This document shows positions 29,462-37,883 of a stretch of DNA of 64,000 bases, piece after piece. The DNA is from an uncultured Oscillospiraceae bacterium. GTDB lineage: Bacteria > Bacillota > Clostridia > Christensenellales > CAG-138. The stretch covers positions 953-64,952 of the forward strand of contig CAZBVC010000004.1 of assembly GCA_964495255.1 (NCBI GenBank), read 5' to 3'. Under the pieces are notes generated by a model. The model had not been told where the DNA came from, did no database searches, and saw only the letters and a program-made list of their open reading frames with translations. Position 1 is the stretch's first letter; each line of letters starts with the position of its first letter. The position numbers were made by a program, and so were the translations under genes.

Positions 29462-29749
29462 ATGAATGAGAAGAACGATCCCCCGTCCGATATGTCGGCG
29501 TTGGTAGAGGCAATTTTTTCGGAAAGCGGTTGCCTGTATTTATCCGATTTGCACGAAAACGCATACGCCGCCGACGTCGCCGACGCGCTGACGCGCTTGA
29601 ACGTCAACGCCTACACGCCGCGCGCATGGAGCGACACGATCTCCTATATTTTGCGCGCGGAGCACACGGCGTCCACCGCGGAGGAATCCTGCGAATTTCT
29701 GCGGCGGGAGCTGCTCAAAAGGGCTTCGCATACCGAGCGGTATGTTTGA
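29462..29749 (+). CDS. Small acidic hypothetical protein, 95 aa.
   Basis: GGAG SD 8 nt upstream of the ATG. It sits between a candidate promoter and a bidirectional terminator. No recognisable motif. Confidence 0.45.
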   Translation: MNEKNDPPSDMSALVEAIFSESGCLYLSDLHENAYAADVADALTRLNVNAYTPRAWSDTISYILRAEHTASTAEESCEFLRRELLKRASHTERYV

Positions 29750-29766
29750 AAAACCGATTCCATACG

Positions 29767-29799
29767 AAAAAAGCGTCCTCGAAACGGGGATGCTTTTTT
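29767..29799. terminator. Bidirectional intrinsic terminator.
   Basis: A6-GCGTCC-loop-GGATGC-T6, between the small plus-strand ORF and the convergent corA. Confidence 0.7.
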
Positions 29800-29896
29800 G
29801 TTGATTCGTTTCCTTCGCGTTCGCGCGTGCAAAGCGTTCGCCTGCCCGCGCTCCCAACGAGCCCATCGACGCGGCCCGCTTGGATGGCGCGCGAAA

Positions 29897-30835
29897 TCAG
29901 ATCTTTCTGCGGATAAAATAGATCGCAACGATCACGCTGAGCAGGATCGAGATCAGCAGGATCAGCGCAAACCCGTACGGCTGATTGGCAAACGGCATAC
30001 CATCCGTATTCACGTTCATGCCGTATGCGGAGAAAATCATCGTCGGCACGGACAGAACGATCGTGACCACCGCCAAAAACTTCATCACGATGTTGAGGTT
30101 GTTGGAAATAACCGACGCGAACGCATCCATCATGCCGCTCAGAATGCCGCTGTATATGTTCGCCATCTCGATCGCCTGACGGTTTTCGACGATGACGTCC
30201 TCGAGCAGGTCGGTGTCCTCCGGATATTTCTTTACGCTTTCCAGCTTCATCAGCTTTTCGAGCACGACCTCGTTGGCGCGCAGGGACGTCGTAAAGTAAA
30301 CAAGGCTCTTTTCCAGTCCGAGCAGCTCGATAAGCTCGCGGTTCTGCGTGGAATCATGCAGCTTGCGCTCCACTTCCTCGCTCTTTTTGTCGATCACGCG
30401 CAGGTATTGCAGATACAACGTTGCGTTGCGATACAGAATCTGCAAAACGAAGCGCGTTTTCATATGCGTATGGAATTCGCGCGAACGTTTGAGCTTCATG
30501 GCGCTCAGAATCGGCGAATCCTCCAAGCAGACGGTGATAATCGCTTCCTTGGTCAAAACGATGCCGAGCGGCTCGGTGACGTACCAATCCCGCCCGTTGC
30601 GGTTCTCGATGGACGGAATGTCCACGAGGATAAGCGTATAGCCGTCCTCCGCGTCGATGCGGGAACGTTCCTCCTCGTCCAACGCGGCGCGCAGGTCGTC
30701 AACGTCGATCCCGTAGCGCTGCGCCGTCTCGTTCAGTTCCTCCTCCGTCGGCTTGACGAGGGAGATCCAACAGTCCTTTTCGGGCGCGTCCAGCACGCGC
30801 ATGCCGTCCTCAAAGGTCTTAAAAATGCGAATCAT
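29897..30835 (-). CDS. corA: Magnesium/cobalt transporter CorA.
   Basis: YGMNV signature and two C-terminal TM helices; 312 aa. Confidence 0.9.
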   Translation of the reverse strand: MIRIFKTFEDGMRVLDAPEKDCWISLVKPTEEELNETAQRYGIDVDDLRAALDEEERSRIDAEDGYTLILVDIPSIENRNGRDWYVTEPLGIVLTKEAIITVCLEDSPILSAMKLKRSREFHTHMKTRFVLQILYRNATLYLQYLRVIDKKSEEVERKLHDSTQNRELIELLGLEKSLVYFTTSLRANEVVLEKLMKLESVKKYPEDTDLLEDVIVENRQAIEMANIYSGILSGMMDAFASVISNNLNIVMKFLAVVTIVLSVPTMIFSAYGMNVNTDGMPFANQPYGFALILLISILLSVIVAIYFIRRKI

Positions 30836-30870
30836 GGGTATGATTTTCCTTTCTTAGCCGCGCACGGCCG

Positions 30871-30948
30871 TCAAAAGGAGCGTCCGAACGTGCGGCTGAT
30901 CGTATGATATTTTACTGGTATCCTACTTCGCCCCGGTTCGGGTTCCAT
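30871..30948 (-). other. Candidate 25-codon leader uORF (MEPEPGRSRIPVKYHTISRTFGRSF) in the corA 5' leader.
   Basis: ATG 30948 with SD AGGAGG (30964-30959) 10 nt upstream. The TGA at 30873-30871 falls inside a long hairpin that precedes the corA SD. Confidence 0.3.
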
Positions 30949-30974
30949 GCCCTTCTCGCCTCCTTTGCCCGTTC

Positions 30975-31004
30975 ATTATACTGCACCGCTTTTCCGTTTC
31001 GCAA
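30975..31004 (-). promoter_or_regulatory. Sigma-A promoter TTGCGA-N18-TATAAT for corA.
   Basis: Consensus -10 element. It predicts a leader of about 135 nt before the corA ATG. Confidence 0.6.
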
Positions 31005-31119
31005 CCGTTTTTCGCAGGAAAATCGCTCTTATTTGCGGATATGCGCGCATGAAGAAAGCCGCACCTGCGCGAGAACGCATGAAAGCGGCTTGTATCGTTC
31101 CATATGGAAAAGGCGGACG

Positions 31120-32070
31120 TTACGCCTTTTTGTCTCCGTCGTGAATCACGATCTGCCGGAACGGAATCTCCACGTCGTTGTCGTCAAACAGGATCTTGAT
31201 CTCACGGTTCAGCCTGCGCTGGGCGGAGAAAATATCCTTCTCGCGCACGGTGCCGAATATACGCAGCACCACGCCCGATTCGCCGAGCGCCTGAACGCCG
31301 GCATACGTCAAGGGGGTTAGAAATACGTCCTTGCAGCGCTCAAAAATCTCGGGCAGCCCTTTCTCGAGCACCTTCTCGACCGCCTCGATGCGCGCGCCGT
31401 AAGAAATGCTTACGTCGCACACCGCCCACGAGGGGTTATCCGAACGGTTTTGCAGGTTTCGAATATCGGAGTTGTTGACGATCTTGATGTTGCCGCCCGC
31501 GTCCTCGATCACGGTCGTTCGAACGCCGATGCGCCGCACGGTGCCGCGAAAATCATCGACGACGACAATATCGCCCACGCCGTACTGCCCCTCCACGATG
31601 ATGAACATACCCGTAATGATATCCTCGATCAGGCTTTGCGCGCCAAACCCGATGATAAGGCTCACGATGCCAAGCCCCGCAAGCACGCCCGTGATGTTAA
31701 GCCCCAGTATCGTCAGTCCCCATACGAGGATCACGAGCACGGTCGCATACTTTAAGATGCTGAGCAGCATCTCCGCAATCGTGCGGGAACGTTTGTTTCG
31801 CGGCGCGCTGCGGCGAATGATGAGCTGTAAAATCGCGTTGAGGCACAGCACGAGCGCGATCATCGCCACGAAGCTGACGAGCTTGGGCAGCGCAAAAAGC
31901 GTTTCCCCGTCCTCTTTGGCGACGACGAAGGTTTGCCTGACCGTCGCGCTGATTTTCTCCTGCGTTTCGGCGCTCAAAAAAGGCAGCCACTTCGGATTGA
32001 CCAGCAGGCAAAAAAGCAATGCCGTGATCAAAATAAAGAGGATCGTTCTGAGCAGACTCTTTTTCTTCAT
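31120..32070 (-). CDS. MscS-family mechanosensitive channel.
   Basis: Three N-terminal TM segments, then the MscS beta-domain pattern (GDIVVVDDFRGTVRRIGVRTTVIEDAGGNIKIVNNS). ATG 32070 with a GGAGGG SD. Confidence 0.85.
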   Translation of the reverse strand: MKKKSLLRTILFILITALLFCLLVNPKWLPFLSAETQEKISATVRQTFVVAKEDGETLFALPKLVSFVAMIALVLCLNAILQLIIRRSAPRNKRSRTIAEMLLSILKYATVLVILVWGLTILGLNITGVLAGLGIVSLIIGFGAQSLIEDIITGMFIIVEGQYGVGDIVVVDDFRGTVRRIGVRTTVIEDAGGNIKIVNNSDIRNLQNRSDNPSWAVCDVSISYGARIEAVEKVLEKGLPEIFERCKDVFLTPLTYAGVQALGESGVVLRIFGTVREKDIFSAQRRLNREIKILFDDNDVEIPFRQIVIHDGDKKA

Positions 32071-32109
32071 AAACCGTTTCCCTCCGTTTATCATGCCTGT
32101 TGCCATATA

Positions 32110-33801
32110 TCAGCCGCCCGGTCGGGTGGTCGCAGCAGAATCCAACCCTACAAACACGGTTTCCGATCCGCCGTGGACGCCATGCGAGCAGACGAGCCGA
32201 AGCGTGTAATAGTCAAAGGTTATGTCAAGCGCATCCGCCGCATTAAAGTCTGGCAAGCCCGGTATGGTCACAGAGACGTTGCTTCCCGTTTGAGTGACGC
32301 CGCAGCTCGCAGTATGTAAATCGGCGCCGCGCGTCGCGGTCGGCGGATTGTCATACGCGAAGAAATCGCCGATCAATGTGCCCGTGAAGCCGACCTGGTT
32401 CGCCGGCACGGCGGGGAAGGTTACGCTCGCGCCGGAGGCCGAAACCGTCGCGGTTTTTTGCCGCGCTTCTCCGCCGAGCGTGTAGCTGACCGTAAGCGTG
32501 ACGGTTCTCGTTTCCCCCGCGGAAACGAGAACCTCGTCGCCGGAGACGTCTCCGGCATCGCTTAGCGCCGAGGCAAGCGGCACGCCCCCCTCGAGCGTGA
32601 TCGCCGTCACGACGTTTTCCTCGTCGTTCCGCGTGATCTGACCCAGCGGATAGATAGAGTAAGTGCCCAGATCCGCCGAAAAGAAATCAAGCGACAGATC
32701 CCGAAGCGTGGCCACGGCGGAGACCCGCAGCGAAAGCGTTTTTTGCGCGCTGACCTTCCCGTCTGTGGCGTAAAGCGTAACGGAATACTCGCCCGTTTCG
32801 ATCGTGCTGCGCGTCACGCCGAGGATCGCGCCCGTCGCGGCGTCCACATACAGCCCGCCCGGCAGACCCGACGCGGAATAGGTGACGCCCGTCGCATCCG
32901 CACGGCTGACGGTAATTTGATCCCTATATTGGTAGCCGCGCTTCGTACTCCTGAGCCCCGTGTTGGTGATTTCCAGAGGCTCGGGCTGCGCGTCGATATA
33001 GAGGGAGAAGGTCTTTTGATCCGACACGTCCCCGTCCGTTACGGATATCGTAACCGTATACGGCGTTTCGGAAGCCGTTTCGAGCGCGGGTTTTCCCGAC
33101 AGCGCGCCGTCCTTTGTCATCGTCAGCCCGCTCGGAAGCCCCGACGCGGTAAACGAGCGCGCCGCTTGACCCGTATAATACACGCCGATCGTTTGCAGAT
33201 AGGCGACGTCCTCCGTTCCGCGCGCAAGCTGCCCGGTAATAATGCGCAGCTCCGCCTTCACGATCGGGTCGGGTATGACGATGATCTCGGGTTCGCCGAT
33301 TTGTTTGTCTTCCCCGCTTTCGTCGCCCGCAGCGGTTCCCTCGGACAGGGTCGTGAACGCAAACCGCCCCGCTATCTTCGTATCGCTTGTTCGCTTGCCT
33401 AACGTGTAATAGGTCAGCTCATAGGTCGTGCTTGGGGTCAAATCGTGAAATGACAATTCCGATTGTTTGCTTTCCAGCAGAGCGCTTTGCATCAACGCGT
33501 CGTCCGCTTTTCGCGAAAGCCGCCAAAGAACCGTGGGGTTCGTATCCGTTACGCTTGTCATAACGACGTTTGCTTGTATCAAAGCGTAGGTGCTGCCGAT
33601 GCGCGTCAGCGTGCTGACGACATAAACCGCCAGCGCAAATAAAACAACTGCGCCGAGCGCGGCGACGGCGGCAAGCGCTTTGAGCGCGAGCCCGAGCTTC
33701 GCGCCGCCAAAGCTGCTCCGCGCGGCGCTGTAAGCGTGCATCGGTGCAAACTCATCGTAAATATTATGGCTTTCGTGGTCTTCCCGCTTTCGCGCCGCCA
33801 T
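32110..33801 (-). CDS. Membrane-anchored surface protein with Fn3-like and repeated putative-Ig (He_PIG-like) domains.
   Basis: N-terminal cytoplasmic tail plus one TM segment. Repeats FTASGLPSGLTMTKDGALSGKP and YSASGLPGGLYVDAATGAILGVT. ATG 33801 has a GGGAG SD; ATG 33834 has none. Confidence 0.65.
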   Translation of the reverse strand: MAARKREDHESHNIYDEFAPMHAYSAARSSFGGAKLGLALKALAAVAALGAVVLFALAVYVVSTLTRIGSTYALIQANVVMTSVTDTNPTVLWRLSRKADDALMQSALLESKQSELSFHDLTPSTTYELTYYTLGKRTSDTKIAGRFAFTTLSEGTAAGDESGEDKQIGEPEIIVIPDPIVKAELRIITGQLARGTEDVAYLQTIGVYYTGQAARSFTASGLPSGLTMTKDGALSGKPALETASETPYTVTISVTDGDVSDQKTFSLYIDAQPEPLEITNTGLRSTKRGYQYRDQITVSRADATGVTYSASGLPGGLYVDAATGAILGVTRSTIETGEYSVTLYATDGKVSAQKTLSLRVSAVATLRDLSLDFFSADLGTYSIYPLGQITRNDEENVVTAITLEGGVPLASALSDAGDVSGDEVLVSAGETRTVTLTVSYTLGGEARQKTATVSASGASVTFPAVPANQVGFTGTLIGDFFAYDNPPTATRGADLHTASCGVTQTGSNVSVTIPGLPDFNAADALDITFDYYTLRLVCSHGVHGGSETVFVGLDSAATTRPGG

Positions 33802-33903
33802 TCGCTTCTCCCAACCGATCCGTCCTGATTCCATTATAGGCGAATTCTGTCAAAAGCACAATGCTTCGCCCACAATGTGTTCGAAAAAACGCGCATCTTG
33901 TCG

Positions 33904-35388
33904 TTATCTGCCGTAGATGCGAACCATTTCCGCGATGCGCGCGGCAAGCTGCGCTCCGTTTTCGCCCGAGCGCATTCTCCAGCGCCAGTTGTTGCCCCCG
34001 CGCGTGCCCGGCGTATTCATGCGGCAGCTTCCGTCCAGCCCGATATAGTCCTGCATCTGCGCCAAAAACAGATCCGCAACCGAGCCCATACCGCCGCGCA
34101 GCATACCCCAAACATAGCCCTCGCGCTCGTTCAGCCCGAGGTATTCGATCGCCATACGAACATCGTCCTGCGCCGCCTCCGCAAACCATGCCGCGGTGGT
34201 TGTGTTGTCATGCGTGCCGGCATAGCAGACGCAGTTGCGCGGGTAGGTATGCGGTAAATAAACGCTCGGCTCGCGCGCGTCGAACGCAAACTGCAACACC
34301 TTCATGCCCGGCAGCCCCGATTCTTTCAGCAGCTCGATTACGTCTTGCGTAAGGTATCCGAGGTCTTCCGCGATGATTTGCAGCCCCGAAAACGACGTCT
34401 TGACCATGTTCACAAAGTCGCTGCCCGGGCCCTTCATCCATTCGCCCGTGCGCGCGGTCGGCGCGGTCGGCGGCACGCTCCAATAGGACGCAAGCCCGCG
34501 AAAATGGTCGATGCGAATCGTGTCATACATCCGCGCGGCGGCGGAAAGCCTTCGCTTCCACCAAGCATAGCCGTTTTCCCGCATATGCGCCCAATCGTAG
34601 ATCGGGTTGCCCCAAAGCTGACCATCCGCCGTGAAATAATCGGGCGGCACGCCCGCAACGCACGTCGGGCGGCGCTCCTCGTCAAGCAGGAACTCCGAAG
34701 GCGCGCTCCATACGTCCGCGGAATCGAACGGCACATAGATCGGCAGATCGCCGATGAGCGATACGCCGTTTGTATGCGCGTAAGAAACCAGGCTCACCCA
34801 CTGCTCAAAAAAGAGAGTTTGGATAAACCGATAAAATTCCATGCGCATAGAAAGCCGTTCGCGCGCCGCGTCCATCGCGCTTTCCTCGCGCAGGCGCACC
34901 CCGCGCTCCCATTCATGCCACGGTTTGCCGCCGTTTTCGTCTTTCAAAGCCATAAACAGCGCGTAATCGTCCAGCCAGTCCGCGTTCGACGCCGAAAACC
35001 GCTCCACGCGCTCGGTGACGTCCGCGCGCAAGCGCGCCCTCTCGAACGCCGCGTACAGCACGCGCGCACGGCTTTCGTAAACGCGCCCAAAGTCCGCATA
35101 CCGCGCGTCCCCGCCCCAATCGCACGCCTCGACCGCGCTTCTTTCAAGCAGGTCGTCCTCGATCAACCGTTCGAGATCGACAAAATACGGGTTGCCCGCG
35201 AACGTGGAAAACGACTGATAGGGGGAATCTCCGTAGCCCGTTTGCCCCAGCGGCAAAACCTGCCAATGCGACTGCCGCGCGCTTTTCAGAAAATCGACAA
35301 AGCGAAACGCCTCCTTGCCGAGCGTCCCGATCCCGTAGGGGGACGGCAGAGAGGAGATATGCAAAAGGATCCCGCAGGAACGTTTCAA
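33904..35388 (-). CDS. malQ: 4-alpha-glucanotransferase (amylomaltase).
   Basis: KRSCGILLHISSLPSPYGIGTLG N-terminus and a GH77 pattern. I chose TTG start 35388 because a GAGG SD lies 8 nt upstream. Confidence 0.9.
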   Translation of the reverse strand: MKRSCGILLHISSLPSPYGIGTLGKEAFRFVDFLKSARQSHWQVLPLGQTGYGDSPYQSFSTFAGNPYFVDLERLIEDDLLERSAVEACDWGGDARYADFGRVYESRARVLYAAFERARLRADVTERVERFSASNADWLDDYALFMALKDENGGKPWHEWERGVRLREESAMDAARERLSMRMEFYRFIQTLFFEQWVSLVSYAHTNGVSLIGDLPIYVPFDSADVWSAPSEFLLDEERRPTCVAGVPPDYFTADGQLWGNPIYDWAHMRENGYAWWKRRLSAAARMYDTIRIDHFRGLASYWSVPPTAPTARTGEWMKGPGSDFVNMVKTSFSGLQIIAEDLGYLTQDVIELLKESGLPGMKVLQFAFDAREPSVYLPHTYPRNCVCYAGTHDNTTTAAWFAEAAQDDVRMAIEYLGLNEREGYVWGMLRGGMGSVADLFLAQMQDYIGLDGSCRMNTPGTRGGNNWRWRMRSGENGAQLAARIAEMVRIYGR

Positions 35389-35450
35389 ATGGAGAACCTC
35401 CGTTTCTTGGCCGCATGAATCGGCTCGATTTCTCGCGCCGTGCGGAATCG

Positions 35451-35903
35451 TCAGCCCAGCCAAATACCGACCGTTATGCCGATGAGCATACCGACGCCAA
35501 CCTGTATGGGCGTGTGTCCGATCAGCTCCTTCAGCTCGAACTTGGGCAGGTCGATGACCGTCCCCTCCTTGATGAAGTGGTCGATAATCGCGGAGATCGT
35601 AATCGCCTGCTTGCCCGTTTCCAGCCGCACGCCGCGCGCGTCGATCAAAACGACGATCGCCAGAATGAACGAAACCGCAAACTCAAACGACCCGAGCCCG
35701 AACTGCTTGATCGCGGACGCCGTAAGGGCGCATACCGTCGCGGCATGTGAGCTTGGCATCCCGCCGCTGCCGACCATGCGCTCAAAGCGGAATTCGTGGT
35801 TAATCATCGTGTACAGGATCGTTTTGATGATCTGCGCGACGGCCCATGCGGCGACCGCGCACATAAGCGGTTTATTGTTCCACAAATCGGTTACATACTG
35901 CAT
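35451..35903 (-). CDS. Divergent PAP2-family (DUF212, acid phosphatase/haloperoxidase-related) membrane protein.
   Basis: GGMPSSHAATV motif; about 150 aa and hydrophobic. Confidence 0.75.
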   Translation of the reverse strand: MQYVTDLWNNKPLMCAVAAWAVAQIIKTILYTMINHEFRFERMVGSGGMPSSHAATVCALTASAIKQFGLGSFEFAVSFILAIVVLIDARGVRLETGKQAITISAIIDHFIKEGTVIDLPKFELKELIGHTPIQVGVGMLIGITVGIWLG

Positions 35904-36028
35904 CTGCTTTTTCTCCGTGATCGACAATCGTCGACGCCGCTCTTATTTTAGCTTAAACTTGCCTTGTTTACAACAACCGCGTCGAATCTGCGCATCAAAA
36001 AAACGAAGCGTTTGCATGGAAACTTTGC

Positions 36029-36057
36029 TTGACAAGCGCGCATAAGTTCTTTACGCT
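36029..36057 (+). promoter_or_regulatory. Promoter TTGACA-N17-TACGCT positioned to give a leaderless transcript starting at ATG 36064.
   Basis: Consensus -35. The -10 ends 6 nt before the ATG, and there is no SD upstream of that ATG. Confidence 0.45.
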
Positions 36058-36063
36058 AATAAA

Positions 36064-36210
36064 ATGAAACAGTTTTTCAAGCGCCTTTTGCCCGTTATGC
36101 TCGCTGCCTTTTCCTGTTTGCCGCGCTGCCCGCTTCCTTTGCCGAGGAGAACGCGGATACGCCCCAAAACGATCTTTCCTTCCGCGAGGACGGCACGTTT
36201 ACGGTGCTGA
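36064..36210 (+). other. Out-of-frame N-terminal fragment: the signal-peptide n-region (MKQFFKRLLPVMLAAF...) of the downstream metallophosphoesterase.
   Basis: Frame +1 encodes the n/h-region. Frame 0 continues the h/c-region ...FLFAALPASFA/EENADTPQ directly into the enzyme. The junction is at the T4 run 36109-36112. Confidence 0.6.
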
Positions 36211-37355
36211 TTCTCGCCGATTTGCAGGATACGCAGTTCGTTTCCCCGCTTTTGATCGACTCCGTCAACGGCGTTTTGACCGATTACAAGCCCGACCTCG
36301 TCGTGCTGCTTGGCGACCAGCTCGAAGGCTCCAGCCCCGTGATACGCCTCGGCAGCGGCGTAAAGAACGCACAGACGGCGATCGAGCGCGTGCTCGCGCC
36401 CATTGTTGACAGCGGAATTCCGTTTGCCGTCGTATTCGGCAACCATGACCACGACGCGCCCCTATCCGTGCGCACGCAGGCGACGCTCTATGAAGCGCAT
36501 GAAACCTGCTTGGGCGTATGCTACGGCAGCAATCTTTCCGACAGCGGCGCCTTCGCCCTGTCGGTGCGCACGAACGACCAATCGGACGTCGCACTCGAGC
36601 TTTATTTCTTTGACGACGGCGCGTATGCGAAAAACGGCGATTATGGCGCCGTAAGCGCGGCGCAGGTCGCTTGGTATCGGGAAAAAAGCGCGGCGCTGAT
36701 CCGACAAAACGGCGGCTCCGCCGTTCCGTCCATCGCGTTTTCGCATGTCATGCCCGCGGAGGTATACGAACTGTTCACGAAGGTCGAAAAGGGCGTGACG
36801 GGCGCGTTTTCGGGCGTCGGCGTCGGCAAAGGGAAATACTATCTGCCGAACGAAAAGCGCATTTTCCTCGGCGAGGTGAACGAAGCGCCCTGTCCCTCGT
36901 CCGAAAACTACGGCCTGTTCGACGCGTTTGTTGAGAACGGGGACGTGTTCATGAGCGTTTCCGGGCACGATCATATCAACAATTTCATCGGCACGCTGAG
37001 TGGAATCGACCTCGTAAGCGCGCCCGGCGCAACCTATACGAGCTATGGGAAGGAGAGCGTGCGCGGCGTTCGCCTGTTTCGCTTTACGGAGCACAACGTG
37101 CGGGACTACGAAACGCTGCACGTTCCGTTTTCCGACTATAACACGCCCGCGCGCTTTGGCTACATCCGCTATTACCTGACGACAACGACGCGCATTCCCA
37201 ACGCGGCAAAGATTCTGATACTGGCTGTGCTGCTTGTCGCCGCGCTGACGGTTTTATGCGTTTGGGGCGTGAAAAAGCATAAGCGCCGCGCAATCGAGCC
37301 GCTCGAAGCGGAGCAGGCGGATCCGGGGTTTGACGACGAACACACAGAGAAATAG
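36204..37355 (+). CDS. Calcineurin-like metallophosphoesterase with a C-terminal TM anchor. This is the ORF as it reads in-frame; the true N-terminus is probably at 36064 via a 1-nt indel.
   Basis: Motifs LILADLQD, LGDQLEG, VFGNHDHD and VSGHDHIN. C-terminal segment ILILAVLLVAALTVLCVWGV. Confidence 0.8.
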   Translation: MLILADLQDTQFVSPLLIDSVNGVLTDYKPDLVVLLGDQLEGSSPVIRLGSGVKNAQTAIERVLAPIVDSGIPFAVVFGNHDHDAPLSVRTQATLYEAHETCLGVCYGSNLSDSGAFALSVRTNDQSDVALELYFFDDGAYAKNGDYGAVSAAQVAWYREKSAALIRQNGGSAVPSIAFSHVMPAEVYELFTKVEKGVTGAFSGVGVGKGKYYLPNEKRIFLGEVNEAPCPSSENYGLFDAFVENGDVFMSVSGHDHINNFIGTLSGIDLVSAPGATYTSYGKESVRGVRLFRFTEHNVRDYETLHVPFSDYNTPARFGYIRYYLTTTTRIPNAAKILILAVLLVAALTVLCVWGVKKHKRRAIEPLEAEQADPGFDDEHTEK

Positions 37356-37395
37356 CGCTTTCCCCTTCCTCCTCCACCCGAACTCCACCCGAATT

Positions 37396-37431
37396 AAAAA
37401 GGAGCGAAGCATGGACGCTTAACTCCTTTTT
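37396..37431. terminator. Bidirectional intrinsic terminator.
   Basis: A5-GGAGCGAAGC-atggac-GCTTAACTCC-T5 (4+4 bp with a 2-nt internal loop), between convergent genes. Confidence 0.6.
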
Positions 37432-37464
37432 ATCGTTTGATGCATTTGATGCAAATGAAGTTTC

Positions 37465-37758
37465 CTACTGCGCTTTTTTGAGCCGCTGCAACTCGCTTGT
37501 TACGCCGCTCAGAACGGCTTCCAACAGTTTCACGCGGTTTTCGAGCTCGTCTACGCGGCTGGTCGGCACAAGCTGTTCGAGAATTGCGGAAATCCCCTCT
37601 GCTGCCGCTTCCTGCTTGGGAATGATTTCCGTTTCGATTCCGACTTTGACTTTCACAAGCTCATTGCCGATGGAATCGATTTTTCGATTCGTTTCCAGCA
37701 TACCGCCTTGCATGGATGCAAGAATGTCAAACAGCTTCTCTTTTTCTTCTCGGGTCAT
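37465..37758 (-). CDS. Small coiled-coil hypothetical protein, 97 aa.
   Basis: MTREEKEKLFDILASMQ...ELQRLKKAQ. SD AAAGAGGTG 7 nt upstream. It has its own promoter and terminator, and visibly lower GC than its neighbours. The 281-aa track ORF is a spurious extension into rnfB. Confidence 0.5.
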   Translation of the reverse strand: MTREEKEKLFDILASMQGGMLETNRKIDSIGNELVKVKVGIETEIIPKQEAAAEGISAILEQLVPTSRVDELENRVKLLEAVLSGVTSELQRLKKAQ

Positions 37759-37782
37759 GGAGCCGCACCTCTTTCCAACATC

Positions 37783-37810
37783 AGTATACAGAGATTGCGC
37801 AAAACTGCAA
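37783..37810 (-). promoter_or_regulatory. Promoter TTGCAG-N16-TATACT for the small coiled-coil gene.
   Basis: Read on the minus strand, about 25 nt upstream of the SD. Confidence 0.45.
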
Positions 37811-37883
37811 ACGGAATTCCTGATGATCCCGCGTGAGCATATTTGCCCGAGAAGGACGTTTTCGGGCTTGTTTTCGCATATTC

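Noticed and set aside
30836-30974. M-box (ykoK) Mg2+ riboswitch in the corA leader.
   Set aside because: The leader is only about 135 nt and lacks the conserved M-box helices and sequence blocks I know. I interpreted it as a uORF/hairpin leader instead.
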